A DNA stretch of 64,000 bases, from positions 12,930-76,929 of the forward strand of contig JAEUVO010000052.1 in the NCBI GenBank assembly GCA_016786885.1. Direction: 5' to 3'. The translations under genes and the position numbers were made by a program. Positions 28,385 through 38,801 of this stretch are shown here, one piece after another. The notes under the pieces are model-generated. The model was not told where the DNA came from. It searched no databases and was given only the letters and a program-made list of their open reading frames with translations. The DNA comes from Chitinophagaceae bacterium. Lineage in GTDB: Bacteria > Bacteroidota > Bacteroidia > Chitinophagales > Chitinophagaceae. The stretch's first letter is position 1. Each line of letters begins with the position of its first letter.

Positions 28385-29380
28385 ATGGAAGTCCATTACC
28401 ACGATTATTTGCAGCTTGATAAGATTTTGAATGCGCAGGATCTCGAAAGCATCCGTCATAACCTGCCGGCACATGATGAGATGCTTTTTATCGTCATTCA
28501 CCAGGCATACGAACTCTGGTTTAAACAACTGCACCACGAAGTGGATTCTGTTGCTGCCATACTCAGCAAACCTGCTGTAAATGATAATTCTCCTGAACTG
28601 CAAACTATTGTTCACCGGCTCAATCGCTGTATAACTATTTTAAGAGTGCTGGTTCACCAGATTGATATAATGGAAACCATGACACCGATGGATTTTCTTG
28701 ATTTCCGTGATATGCTGAGACCGGCATCAGGGTTTCAAAGCTGGCAGTTTAAAGAACTGGAAGCAAAATTGGGATTGAAATTTGAACACCGGCATGGCAA
28801 GGAATATTATACATCTCAGTTGAGAAATGAGCATGTTGCGATTATAAAGAATGCTGAGGGAAGTAAATCATTACTTCAATTACTGAACAGCTGGCTGGAA
28901 AGAATGCCCTTTTTAAAAGAAGGAGCTGATGATTCATTCTGGAGTAATTATAAGAAAAGCTACCAGTCAAGCCTGGCAGAAGCAGAACAAAACAATATAG
29001 CTGCTTTTGAAGAGGTATTCAGCAATAATGATAAAGCGGCTGGACGTTCATTGTCATCTGCTGCCTGCAGAGCGGCATTATTTATTATGTTGTACCGGGG
29101 GTATCCTCTGCTGCAATTGCCGTTCCAGTTACTCAATTGCCTGTTAGAGATTGATGAACAATTAAGTTCATGGCGCTACCGCCATGTAAATATGGTACAC
29201 CGGATGATAGGTACAAGAATAGGTACCGGCGGAAGTACCGGAAAAGATTATCTGAAAGCTGCTGCTGATAAACATTACATTTTTCGTGAAATAGCGCAGT
29301 TAAATAGTTTTTTAATAGAGCGACGAAAATTACCATCATTAAATGCAACAGTAGAAGCAAAGCTTGGATTCGGTCACTAA
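28385..29380 (+). CDS. kynA: Tryptophan 2,3-dioxygenase
   Basis: YHDYLQLDKIL, HDEMLFIVIHQAYELWFKQ, PASGFQSWQF, WRYRH...RMIG...GTGGS. Confidence 0.93.
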   Translation: MEVHYHDYLQLDKILNAQDLESIRHNLPAHDEMLFIVIHQAYELWFKQLHHEVDSVAAILSKPAVNDNSPELQTIVHRLNRCITILRVLVHQIDIMETMTPMDFLDFRDMLRPASGFQSWQFKELEAKLGLKFEHRHGKEYYTSQLRNEHVAIIKNAEGSKSLLQLLNSWLERMPFLKEGADDSFWSNYKKSYQSSLAEAEQNNIAAFEEVFSNNDKAAGRSLSSAACRAALFIMLYRGYPLLQLPFQLLNCLLEIDEQLSSWRYRHVNMVHRMIGTRIGTGGSTGKDYLKAAADKHYIFREIAQLNSFLIERRKLPSLNATVEAKLGFGH

Positions 29381-29437
29381 ACTTAAAAGGCCGCAAAGAA
29401 TTGCGGCCCGTTTTCCCTGTATGTGTGGTAATAAAAG

Positions 29438-29905
29438 CTAAAAAGTATAGCGGATTCCTAATCCTCCCCAACTACCAACAAAGCCACGGTTGTCGCCAAA
29501 TTCAAAAGAAGGTTGCCAGTCAATCGACATGTTAATAGGAGCCCCGTTGAATTTATAATCCAATCCAAGTACACCATCAAGTCCTATAAAACTGCCATCG
29601 CCATTTCTTGTGTTGTAAAAGCCGATATGTGCACCCGGACCAATATACCATTGCAGACCTGATGCCCCACTGATAGGCCCATGTATTTCATACAAACCGG
29701 TAAGACGAAATCCCTGTCTCCAGAAATAACCAATTCCTTCAAGGGCATTATTGCCATTGACAAAATGCTTTAAAGAAATGCCTCCGCCGTCCCATACTTT
29801 TACTCCCAATGCAGTTGTATATGAAGAACTGTTAGTGCTTTTGCTTTGAGCTTGTAAAAATGAAAATGCTAAAATGGCCAGGCTGGTAATACAGATCTTT
29901 CTCAT
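29438..29905 (-). CDS. Small outer-membrane beta-barrel hypothetical protein (start MRKICI at 29905)
   Basis: Signal peptide ending QAQ; alternating beta-strand pattern; GLDGVLGLDYKF...SIDWQP...GIRYTF with C-terminal Phe. Confidence 0.85.
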   Translation of the reverse strand: MRKICITSLAILAFSFLQAQSKSTNSSSYTTALGVKVWDGGGISLKHFVNGNNALEGIGYFWRQGFRLTGLYEIHGPISGASGLQWYIGPGAHIGFYNTRNGDGSFIGLDGVLGLDYKFNGAPINMSIDWQPSFEFGDNRGFVGSWGGLGIRYTF

Positions 29906-29997
29906 CACACTAATTTTAGTGGAAAAATTTACTTCAGCATCCTGTGTGCCATTACTGTGCCAGAAAGCAAAGCTGTAACAAAAAAACTGAGGAAAAA

Positions 29998-31197
29998 CTA
30001 TTTGACTTTGATTATCAGTGAAAAATAGAGGACAACAATCAGGGAAATGATTGCCGGAAGAATGAATGTGAAAGAGCTTCCAATACCAGTCCATAAGGCG
30101 CCAGCTATAATACTTGCAAACAATGAGCATATGCTTTCTCCCGAAGTATAAAATCCGATTGCTGTAGCTGTATTCTGATGATGGGAAAGGTTAGTTATCC
30201 ATGCCTTGATAACTCCTTCTGTGGCTGCTGCATAAATACCATATACAGAAAACAGGATAAAAATAAAAAGTATGGAAGGTTTGAATGCAAAGCCACCATA
30301 TACAATAGTAAACAATATAAGCCCAAGGATGATTATTCTTTTGAATCCCAGCCGGTCTGCTAATATACCCATTGGGTAAGATGTGGCGGCGTAAACAAGA
30401 TTGTAAAAAATATAAGCAGCAATAGTAATTGTATCGGCATTGAAATCGGTTTGCCAAAGGGTGATGACTTTATCGCCAATAGTTTCCCTGGTAACGAGTA
30501 ATAAAAAAATATCTGAGCTGTTAAACAATGCAAATAACAATAAGCCGGGAACCACCTTTTTAAATTCAGGGGAAGCAATTTTCCAATAGCTGAAAAAGGA
30601 GAAAAAATTTCCTTTGCCTAAAGTAGAAACTGGATTTCTTTTTTCCTTGAGTAAAAAGATCAGCAAGACAGAAATCATTCCCGGAATAAATGCTATGTAA
30701 AAAAGAGTGGTGTATGAACCTGGATAAAAAAACAAGAATAATAAAGCAATAACAGGACCGATAGCAGCTCCTATGGTATCCATACCACGATGAAAGCCAA
30801 ATACTCTTGCCTTTGTTTCTTTTGTTGCTTCCTGTGACAACAATGCATCTCTTGCTGCGGTGCGAAGCCCTTTGCCTAAACGATCAACGGTTCTTACAAA
30901 AAATATCCATAAGGGATATGCAAATGTTGCCATCAATGGTTTTGAGATAGCCCCCAAAAAATATCCCAGCTTTACAAATGGCAAACGAAGGCCTTTTTCA
31001 TCACTTAATTTTCCAAAATAACCTTTACTGATGCCTGCAGTAAAATTTACTACTCCTTCTAATATTCCTATCAGTAGTACACTAAAACCAATTTCTTTTA
31101 AATAAACAGGGATCACAGGATATAACATTTCACTTGCTATATCTGCAAATAAGCTGACCAGTGATAAAACCAAAACTGTTCTGGTGATGACCTGCAT
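29998..31197 (-). CDS. MFS transporter (start probably MQVITR at 31197)
   Basis: SLFADIASEMLYP, DRLGKGLRTAARDA, FGFHRGMDTIGA; about 12 TM segments. Confidence 0.9.
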   Translation of the reverse strand: MQVITRTVLVLSLVSLFADIASEMLYPVIPVYLKEIGFSVLLIGILEGVVNFTAGISKGYFGKLSDEKGLRLPFVKLGYFLGAISKPLMATFAYPLWIFFVRTVDRLGKGLRTAARDALLSQEATKETKARVFGFHRGMDTIGAAIGPVIALLFLFFYPGSYTTLFYIAFIPGMISVLLIFLLKEKRNPVSTLGKGNFFSFFSYWKIASPEFKKVVPGLLLFALFNSSDIFLLLVTRETIGDKVITLWQTDFNADTITIAAYIFYNLVYAATSYPMGILADRLGFKRIIILGLILFTIVYGGFAFKPSILFIFILFSVYGIYAAATEGVIKAWITNLSHHQNTATAIGFYTSGESICSLFASIIAGALWTGIGSSFTFILPAIISLIVVLYFSLIIKVK

Positions 31198-31419
31198 GTA
31201 ATGAAGGTAAAAGAAAAAACTTTTTGTATTTAAAACTATGGACATGTCATACCGGGCAATATTTGTGGCGGGTAATTGGTTTACGCAAAAATTGCTGTAT
31301 CCACAACCCCGAATTTGTTTTTAACTGTGATTTCTCAAAATGGACAAATCAAAAAAAAACCTTGCCTGACAAGGGTTTCCCTTTGCAAATTCAAATTATT
31401 TCCTTCACCTTTGCCCACA

Positions 31420-31441
31420 ACCTGTCTGCCGTAAGACAGGT
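31420..31441. repeat. REP-like hairpin ACCTGTCT-GCCGTA-AGACAGGT in the mreB 5' leader
   Basis: 8-bp perfect stem between a CACCTTTG -7 element and the mreB ATG. Confidence 0.6.
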
Positions 31442-31459
31442 AAAATCCGATATAAATAC

Positions 31460-32485
31460 ATGGGACTTTTTAACTGGTTTACACAAGAAATAGCCATTGA
31501 TCTGGGTACCGCTAACACCCTCATAATACATAACGACGAAGTAGTAGTGAACGAGCCGAGTATTGTAGCCCTCAACCGTAATAATCCGAAAGAGGTGCTG
31601 GCAGTAGGTAAGAAGGCGTTAATGATGCATGAGAAAACCCACGAGAGCATCCGTACTGTCCGTCCGCTGAAAGATGGTGTGATAGCCGATTTCAATGCTG
31701 CTGAGCTTATGATCCGTGAGCTGATCAAACTGGTTTATCCCAAAAAACCGCTTTTTCCCCCAAGCTGGAGAATGATGATATGCATCCCTTCTTCCATTAC
31801 AGAAGTAGAGAAAAGGGCTGTTCGTGACAGTGCTGAACAGGCTGGCGCCAAGGAAGTGTACCTGATCCATGAGCCTATGGCGGCTGCGCTGGGTATCGGT
31901 ATTGACGTGGAAGAGCCTGTAGGCAATATGATCATTGACATAGGCGGCGGAACGACCGGTATCACCGTTATTGCACTGGCAGGAATTGTTTGCGACCAGT
32001 CTATTCGTATAGCAGGGGATGAATTTACTGCTGATATTATGGAAGCATTGCGCCGTTATCACAGCTTGTTAATAGGAGAACGTACGGCCGAGCAGATCAA
32101 AATACAGGTAGGAGCCGCTATGAAGGAGATTGATAATCCACCGGATGATTTTGCTGTAAATGGCCGTGACCTGGTGACCGGTATTCCCAAGCAGATCATG
32201 GTTAGCTACCAGGAAATAGCCGAAGCATTGGACAAGAGCATTTTCAAAATTGAAGAGGCTATCCTGAAAGCATTGGAACAGACCCCACCAGAACTGGCAG
32301 CCGATATTTACCGTCGCGGCTTGTACATAACTGGCGGTGGTGCTTTGCTCCGCGGATTGGATAAGCGTTTGAGCAACAAGATCAAGTTACCGGTACATGT
32401 AGCAGATGACCCCCTCAAGAGTGTAGTTAGAGGAACCGGTATAGCACTTAAGAACTACGACAGGTATCCATTTGTGATGAGATAA
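31460..32485 (+). CDS. mreB: Rod shape-determining protein MreB
   Basis: IDLGTANT, RPLKDGVIADF, EPMAAA, DIGGGTT, TGGGALL. Confidence 0.98.
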   Translation: MGLFNWFTQEIAIDLGTANTLIIHNDEVVVNEPSIVALNRNNPKEVLAVGKKALMMHEKTHESIRTVRPLKDGVIADFNAAELMIRELIKLVYPKKPLFPPSWRMMICIPSSITEVEKRAVRDSAEQAGAKEVYLIHEPMAAALGIGIDVEEPVGNMIIDIGGGTTGITVIALAGIVCDQSIRIAGDEFTADIMEALRRYHSLLIGERTAEQIKIQVGAAMKEIDNPPDDFAVNGRDLVTGIPKQIMVSYQEIAEALDKSIFKIEEAILKALEQTPPELAADIYRRGLYITGGGALLRGLDKRLSNKIKLPVHVADDPLKSVVRGTGIALKNYDRYPFVMR

Positions 32486-32543
32486 ACGGAAGCCTGGGAC
32501 CGGTTCGATTAACCCGGCTTCCGGCATCTGACTTCAGAATTCT

Positions 32544-33422
32544 ATGAGAAACGTATTTCTCTTCATTCTTCGCTACAAAACCTTTTTTAGCTTCCTCATC
32601 CTGCAGGTAGTATCATTATGGTTTCTGTATACTTACAACAAATTTCACCGGGCCAGGTTTCTTGGCATCGCCAACGAAGTGACCGGCAGGGTAAATACAC
32701 AGTATAATAAAGTAGAAGATTACTTTACGCTACGGGAAGAAAACCGAAGGGTTCACCAGATAAATGATTCCTTATTGAATTTGTTGCCCAAAAATTATAT
32801 GCGGGCAGACACAAGTGTTCAGTTGGTGCAGGATTCTATTCCGTTTGATACACTGGGACATTACCGCAGGTATTATTTCCGGCCGGCTACTGTTGTTTAC
32901 AATACTGTCAGCAGCCAGAAGAACTATATACAACTCAACAGGGGTTCCAATCATGGCATAAAAGATAATATGGCCGTGTTAAGCTCCGATGGTAGCGCAG
33001 TAGGAGTAGTTGTTGGGGTGAGCCCTAACTTTTGCCAGGTAATGAGCCTGCTGCATGTACAGCAAAAAGTAAATGCCTCTTTAAAGAAAAGCGGTGATTT
33101 TGGTACAATTGAATGGGAAGGGAAAGATCCCCGTTTGCTAACGCTTAAAGGAGTTCCGAAAAGTATAGAAATAAAGGCAGGCGATACTGTGCTTACAAGT
33201 ACTTACTCCTTTAATTTTCCACCCGGGTACATGGTGGGTACAATAGCTGAAGTGGTAACCGATAAGAGTACTAACTTTTATGTGCTAAAAGTAAAACCAG
33301 GAGCAAAGTTTTACAGCTTGCAACAGGTGTTTGTCGTGGAGAACCTTCAGTATGCAGAGCAGATTGCGCTGAACCAGGAGGCAAGAAAAAGAATTGAAGA
33401 CCCCAAAAAGAATCCGAAGTGA
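32544..33422 (+). CDS. mreC: Rod shape-determining protein MreC
   Basis: N-terminal TM, coiled coil LREENRR, QLNRGSNHGI, GDTVLTS...FPPG; operon position. Confidence 0.95.
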   Translation: MRNVFLFILRYKTFFSFLILQVVSLWFLYTYNKFHRARFLGIANEVTGRVNTQYNKVEDYFTLREENRRVHQINDSLLNLLPKNYMRADTSVQLVQDSIPFDTLGHYRRYYFRPATVVYNTVSSQKNYIQLNRGSNHGIKDNMAVLSSDGSAVGVVVGVSPNFCQVMSLLHVQQKVNASLKKSGDFGTIEWEGKDPRLLTLKGVPKSIEIKAGDTVLTSTYSFNFPPGYMVGTIAEVVTDKSTNFYVLKVKPGAKFYSLQQVFVVENLQYAEQIALNQEARKRIEDPKKNPK

Positions 33423-33952
33423 GTGATCTTTTAAGAAATATATTGCGGTTTGCAGTGATGATATTAGTTCAGGTTTATGTGCTGAACAAGGTTCCGCATC
33501 TGCATCGTTTTATCATTCCCTATTTGTATTTTCTTTTTATTCTATGGCTCCCATTCTCTGTTTCCCGCCAATGGTTACTTGTTATCGGGTTTTTTACCGG
33601 CCTGGTGCTGGATTATTTCACAATGACCCCGGGACTACATGCTGCTGCCTGCTTGCTGATCGCCTATGTACGTCCTTTTTTGATCAGTATCCTTACTCCA
33701 AAAGATACAACCGAGTTCAACTACAGGGAACCGTCGCCCAAGGCTATGCAGTGGACGCCTTACCTTGTATATGTATTTGTGCTTACCCTGCTTCATCATG
33801 GCTATATGGTCTTTCTGCAATGGCTAAGCTTTGGCAGTTTCTTCGATTTTATCATTAAAGTAATTGCTACCACAGGTATCAGTATGTTGCTCATCATTAC
33901 CGTGGAATTGCTTTTTCCCCGTAAGCTGAAATTCAGGACAAATACGGCCTGA
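33419..33952 (+). CDS. mreD: Rod shape-determining protein MreD
   Basis: Hydrophobic, PYLYFLFILWLP, GLVLDYF...GLHAAA; ATGA-type overlap with mreC. Confidence 0.92.
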   Translation: MSDLLRNILRFAVMILVQVYVLNKVPHLHRFIIPYLYFLFILWLPFSVSRQWLLVIGFFTGLVLDYFTMTPGLHAAACLLIAYVRPFLISILTPKDTTEFNYREPSPKAMQWTPYLVYVFVLTLLHHGYMVFLQWLSFGSFFDFIIKVIATTGISMLLIITVELLFPRKLKFRTNTA

Positions 33953-34104
33953 CAGTAGTTTATCCTTTTTCGCAGGTAGAAAATTTTCTTAAAACAAATT
34001 TTATTTTCAAATAGATTTGGAAACAGGCTTTTGTAATTCGTACTTTGTACATCGATTAACAAACTCTTTTTCCTCACCTCATATTTCATTGTTTGTAGCG
34101 TTCC

Positions 34105-36210
34105 ATGTCTGTGTTTAACCAATCAAGAAGCCGTATCATTCGCATTATTTTCCTTATTGCTTTTGTGGTAATTATTGCTCAGTTATTTTACCTGCAGGTA
34201 ATAGAAGGTAAATACAGGCAATTGGCTATGGACAATGCTGTTTTTGCCAAAGTAGTTTATCCCGAACGGGGGATCATTTTTGACAGAAAAGGCAAGGCTA
34301 TCCTGAACAATACAATTATATATGACCTGATGGTCACCCCGGCAGAAGTAAAGGGAATTGATACGCTGGAGTTTTGCCGGTTGATTGGTATAGATACTGC
34401 TGAATTCAAAAAAAGGATACTGGAAGCCAGGTTTAAAAATACTGCGGTAAGACCCTCTGTTTTTAAAGGATTACTTACAAAAGAACTGCAGGCCCGATTT
34501 GAAGAGAACAGCTGGAAATACCCTGGCTTCAACCTGGTAGAGCGGCCTTTGCGAACGTATCCCTTTAATGCGGCAGCACATATCTTAGGATATATCCGGG
34601 AAGCTGATACAAAGGATATAGAGAAATCAGGTGATTTTTACCGGCAAGGTGATTATATCGGTAAAACAGGCCTTGAAGCATATTATGAAAAAGTGCTGAT
34701 GGGACAGCGGGGGGTGCAGTACATGATCAAGGACAACAAAAACAGGCTGGTTGGTCATTACGAAAACGGGGCTTTTGATACAGCATCAGTAGCTGGTCGT
34801 GGATTACGAACTTATATAGATGTAGAATTGCAACAGCTGGCAGAAAGACTGATGTCGAATAAAGTGGGAGGATTGGTTGCGATTGACCCAAAGACAGGTG
34901 GTATTCTGGCAATGGTGTCCGGTCCCAATTTTAACCCTAATGACCTCACAGGTTCAGAGGGTAGCAAGAATTACAGCCGCATGGTGCTAGATGTTACTGG
35001 TCCTATGCTTAACAGGGCAATTGGCGGAAGATATGAACCTGGTTCTACTTTCAAACCACTTGGTGCATTGGTGGCATTGAATGAAGGAGTGATCACACCT
35101 TCCTATGGTTATCCTTGCGGAGGCAGGTACACATTATGCGGACACGGAAAACCTGCCTGTACCCATGCAGGCGGCGGGCATGCTGCCAATGTTCGTTTGT
35201 CTATTGCCAATTCCTGCAATGCTTATTATGCCCATATTTACCGCTTAACAGTTGATAATCCAAAGTATGGTAATGTGAAAAGTGGCTACCTTAAATGGAG
35301 AGAGTATATGAATACGTTTGGATTAGGTGTAAGATTGGGACTTGATCTACCAAATGAGAACCCTGGATTCATAGCTGATACATCTGTTTACAATAAAGAA
35401 AATGCAAATTACTGGACCTCCTGCACTAATCTTACCCTGGGTATTGGTCAGGATAAAATGCTGACAACTCCATTGCAAATGGCGAATGCAATGTGTATCG
35501 TTGCCAACAGGGGCTATTATTATACTCCCCATTTTGTAGAAAAAATAGATGGAGAGACAGAAGAAGATACCGTACTGATGAATAAGTTTCGGGTAAAGCA
35601 TGATGTACTGACTCATATTCCTGATACTGCTTTCACGGCTGTAATAGAAGGTATGAATGATGTGGTAAAATTTGGTACCGCAAGAGTTGCGCAAATTCCA
35701 AACATCGATGTATGTGCCAAAACCGGGACGGCAGAAAACTATACAATCCTTGATGGCAAAAGAATCAAACTGCCAAACAATTCCATGTTTGTTTGTTTTG
35801 CGCCAAAGTATAACCCTAAAATTGCAATTGCTGTGTTTGTACAGAATGCAGGTTTTGGTGCTACCTGGGCTGGCCCTATCTCCCGTATCATGATTGAAAA
35901 GTACCTGAACGATACATTGATGACAAAAAGTAAAGCCGACCTGGAACGCATCGCTAATACCAATCTGATGCCGGCTTATTTTAAGAGACTTCAGTACAAG
36001 GAGGATTCTATAAGGGCTTACAACTGGTATAGGGATTATAAGGATAGTTCACTTATCAAAAGATTCCTCAAACTATCGGCTTCCGTTAATGAGCAAAAAT
36101 CTGCTCCTCCGGCGAGAAAGATGCCGGAGCGGTCTAAAAAAGAAACTATGGCAGCGATAATGCCGAAAGAAAAAATATATCATAAACAGGCAAACCCTGC
36201 TGCTGCATGA
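34105..36210 (+). CDS. mrdA: Penicillin-binding protein 2
   Basis: YPERGIIFDR, YEPGSTFK (SxxK), SCN (SxN), KTGTAE. Confidence 0.96.
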   Translation: MSVFNQSRSRIIRIIFLIAFVVIIAQLFYLQVIEGKYRQLAMDNAVFAKVVYPERGIIFDRKGKAILNNTIIYDLMVTPAEVKGIDTLEFCRLIGIDTAEFKKRILEARFKNTAVRPSVFKGLLTKELQARFEENSWKYPGFNLVERPLRTYPFNAAAHILGYIREADTKDIEKSGDFYRQGDYIGKTGLEAYYEKVLMGQRGVQYMIKDNKNRLVGHYENGAFDTASVAGRGLRTYIDVELQQLAERLMSNKVGGLVAIDPKTGGILAMVSGPNFNPNDLTGSEGSKNYSRMVLDVTGPMLNRAIGGRYEPGSTFKPLGALVALNEGVITPSYGYPCGGRYTLCGHGKPACTHAGGGHAANVRLSIANSCNAYYAHIYRLTVDNPKYGNVKSGYLKWREYMNTFGLGVRLGLDLPNENPGFIADTSVYNKENANYWTSCTNLTLGIGQDKMLTTPLQMANAMCIVANRGYYYTPHFVEKIDGETEEDTVLMNKFRVKHDVLTHIPDTAFTAVIEGMNDVVKFGTARVAQIPNIDVCAKTGTAENYTILDGKRIKLPNNSMFVCFAPKYNPKIAIAVFVQNAGFGATWAGPISRIMIEKYLNDTLMTKSKADLERIANTNLMPAYFKRLQYKEDSIRAYNWYRDYKDSSLIKRFLKLSASVNEQKSAPPARKMPERSKKETMAAIMPKEKIYHKQANPAAA

Positions 36211-37547
36211 GGCAATCAAATCCTGCCATATCAAAAGGAATTGACTGGAGCCTGGTATGGATATACCTGTTGCTGGTATCTATTGGTCTTACGGCCATTT
36301 TTGCTGCAACGTACAAAGAAGGTGATGCGGTGATTCAGAGTTTTATCAATTTTAAAACCGACTACAGTAAACAGTTTTATTTCTTTTGCTTCTCTGCCTT
36401 ACTTGGCTTTTTTATCCTGTTGACAGATAGTAAGTTTTTTGCTGCCACGGCCAACCTGTTGTATGCGGTTGGCATTGTAATGTTATTGCTCGTTTTTCCT
36501 TTTCATTCTCCCATTAAAGGAACAGAGTCTATCATTAAATTAGGCGCATTCAACTTTCAACCTGCAGAGTTGTGTAAAATATTTGTAGCGCTGGCACTGG
36601 CCAAGTATTTGTCGAGGCCTGAAACAGATTTCACAAAAACAAGATCTCAGTTGATCGCAGCCGGAATCGCTTTGTTTCCTGCTGCACTTACTATTATGCA
36701 GAGTGAGACAGGCCTGGCCCTTGTTTATTTTTCTTTCTTTATAGTGATGTACAGGGAAGGGCTGCCTTCTATTGTTTTGATAATTGGGTTTTCAATAGCT
36801 GCACTTATAGTAGCGACAATAGTAATAGAACCCAATACGCTGGCCATCATACTTACTGCTATCGCTGCATTTATTATTTATTTATTCAGAAGACAGATCA
36901 AACGACGCCGTGATTTACTTGTTACAATACTGTTTCTATGGGCCTTATGTGTGGGTATTCAGCGGTTCGCAGTACCAATGATCTTTAAGAATGTGCTGCA
37001 GAAACACCAGGTAGAACGTATTTATGATCTTTTCGGGAAGGATAACCCTTACCTGGAAAAGGGAGAAGAGATAAGTGCAGAGGATGCAAAAAAGAAAAAG
37101 GAAAGCGGAAGCAGTTATAATGTAAGACAATCTAAGATTGCTATTGGAAGCGGACGTTTCTTTGGAAAAGGATTGCTGAATGCTACGCAGACCCGTTATG
37201 ATTTTGTACCGGAACAAAGAACTGATTTTATTTTTTGTACTGTTGGTGAGGGATTTGGTTTTTTGGGGAGCATTATTTTGCTTGGCCTGTATCTTATTTT
37301 GTTATTACGAATTGTTACGATTGCGGAACGGCAGCGAAGTGTATTCAGCCGTTGCTATGCATATGGAGTAGCATCTGTATTCTTCTTTCATATGGCAATA
37401 AATATTGCCATGACAATCGGCCTTGCACCGGTGATCGGTATTCCCCTTCCTTTTATCAGCTATGGCGGAACCTCCCTTCTTACTTTTACTATCATGCTTT
37501 TTATTTTAATACGGCTGGATGCTGACCGGCAGATGGTATTGCGATGA
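36207..37547 (+). CDS. rodA: Rod shape-determining protein RodA (SEDS family)
   Basis: FQPAELCK, IAIGSG, PEQRTDFIF...GEGFG, PLPFISYGGTS. Confidence 0.96.
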   Translation: MRQSNPAISKGIDWSLVWIYLLLVSIGLTAIFAATYKEGDAVIQSFINFKTDYSKQFYFFCFSALLGFFILLTDSKFFAATANLLYAVGIVMLLLVFPFHSPIKGTESIIKLGAFNFQPAELCKIFVALALAKYLSRPETDFTKTRSQLIAAGIALFPAALTIMQSETGLALVYFSFFIVMYREGLPSIVLIIGFSIAALIVATIVIEPNTLAIILTAIAAFIIYLFRRQIKRRRDLLVTILFLWALCVGIQRFAVPMIFKNVLQKHQVERIYDLFGKDNPYLEKGEEISAEDAKKKKESGSSYNVRQSKIAIGSGRFFGKGLLNATQTRYDFVPEQRTDFIFCTVGEGFGFLGSIILLGLYLILLLRIVTIAERQRSVFSRCYAYGVASVFFFHMAINIAMTIGLAPVIGIPLPFISYGGTSLLTFTIMLFILIRLDADRQMVLR

Positions 37548-37583
37548 CAGAACCATTTGAATCAATTATCGTTATTTCGTAGT

Positions 37584-38324
37584 ATGAAGATCATTCCCCT
37601 TTCTGAAGGCACATTTACTATTGATAAATCAAAGCTTTTTGTTCCTTTCGATGAGTCTGAACATAGTTTAAAGGAAAGACCTGCCGGCAGCTTGCTGGTG
37701 GAAATACAGCCCTTTGTCGTTATTACTTCAAAGGATATTTTATTGCTGGATACAGGACTGGGATTTGAAAAGAACGGAATTTTACAATTGCATCAAAACC
37801 TGATGGATGCAGGTATTAACCCGTCTGATATAACAAAAGTATTGATGACACACCTGCATAAGGATCATGCCGGTGCTGTAGGTATAGAAAGAGATGGCTT
37901 GGGTGCAAGGCTATCATTTCCGAATGCTGCTTATTATGTACAGCGGGATGAGCTGGCTTTTGCTTTTGAAAAAGGGTTCCCTTCTTTTATTACAGAGGAG
38001 TTAGAATGTTTAAAAAATTCAGAGCAGGTGGTTTTACTTAATGGTAATGGAATGATAGATGATTACATTAAATATGCAGTGACAGGAGCCCACTCGCCGT
38101 ATCACCAGGTTTTCTGGATATCCGAGGATGATGAATCAATTTTTTTTGGCGGTGATGAGGCGCCGCAGCTGCAACAAATGAAGCACCGCTTTGTAGCCAA
38201 GTATGACTTTGATGGGAAAAAAGCAATGGAATTAAGGCAGCAATGGTGGGAGAAAGGAGAAAAAGAAAAATGGACTTTTCTCTTTTATCATGATGTTAAG
38301 CATCCTGTGTGGGAGTTCAAATAA
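37584..38324 (+). CDS. MBL-fold metallo-hydrolase (start MKIIPL at 37584)
   Basis: LLDTG, THLHKDHAG (HxHxDH), GAHSPYH. Confidence 0.9.
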   Translation: MKIIPLSEGTFTIDKSKLFVPFDESEHSLKERPAGSLLVEIQPFVVITSKDILLLDTGLGFEKNGILQLHQNLMDAGINPSDITKVLMTHLHKDHAGAVGIERDGLGARLSFPNAAYYVQRDELAFAFEKGFPSFITEELECLKNSEQVVLLNGNGMIDDYIKYAVTGAHSPYHQVFWISEDDESIFFGGDEAPQLQQMKHRFVAKYDFDGKKAMELRQQWWEKGEKEKWTFLFYHDVKHPVWEFK

Positions 38325-38349
38325 AAAAGCCGGTTCTTAAGACCGGCTT
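38323..38349. terminator. Terminator between convergent genes
   Basis: AAGCCGGT-tcttaag-ACCGGCTT with a flanking A run. Confidence 0.75.
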
Positions 38350-38377
38350 CGTATACAGATAACAACCCATTTTAAAA

Positions 38378-38791
38378 TTATAATGGCAACGACCTTATTC
38401 TGCCACGGATACCCTGACGTTTTTGCATCCTTTCTCTTTGAACATCCTGCAGTATTCTGATGAATTTTTCCTGGTGCTCATAAACCTCATTACTCCTCCT
38501 TTCACCAACTATCTCTTTAAATTCAATTCGGTACCGAAGGCGAAGATCAATGATCTTTTGCTGTAAGTCAAGTTTGGGAAGGGTTCTGTTTTCTCTTAGG
38601 GTAGTCCTCCATTCTTTAAAATACCGGAGGAAAACAGGAGTAAACCGCTCAGCTTCGTCTTTGTTAAGGTGCATTCTTTGCTGGATATACTCTCTCATTT
38701 TATCCCGAATCTTTTCGTCACCCTCGTCCTGAGCCAGAATGGAGGTAGTGGCAAATACACACAAACTCAGTATAAATAATATCTTTTTCAT
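38378..38791 (-). CDS. Periplasmic helical protein (Spy/CpxP-like accessory of the ECF module)
   Basis: Signal peptide ending ILAQ; charged helical body (LNKDEAERFTPVF); third gene of the ECF/anti-sigma unit. Family assignment is inference. Confidence 0.7.
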   Translation of the reverse strand: MKKILFILSLCVFATTSILAQDEGDEKIRDKMREYIQQRMHLNKDEAERFTPVFLRYFKEWRTTLRENRTLPKLDLQQKIIDLRLRYRIEFKEIVGERRSNEVYEHQEKFIRILQDVQRERMQKRQGIRGRIRSLPL

Positions 38792-38801
38792 TTTTTTCTG
38801 A

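Noticed and set aside
29438-30130. 230-aa version of the small OMP; similar upstream extensions for recO, MFS, galE, GT, alkB and 14020-14430
   Set aside because: The extensions overlap neighbouring genes or promoters; downstream Met/TTG starts give normal N-termini.
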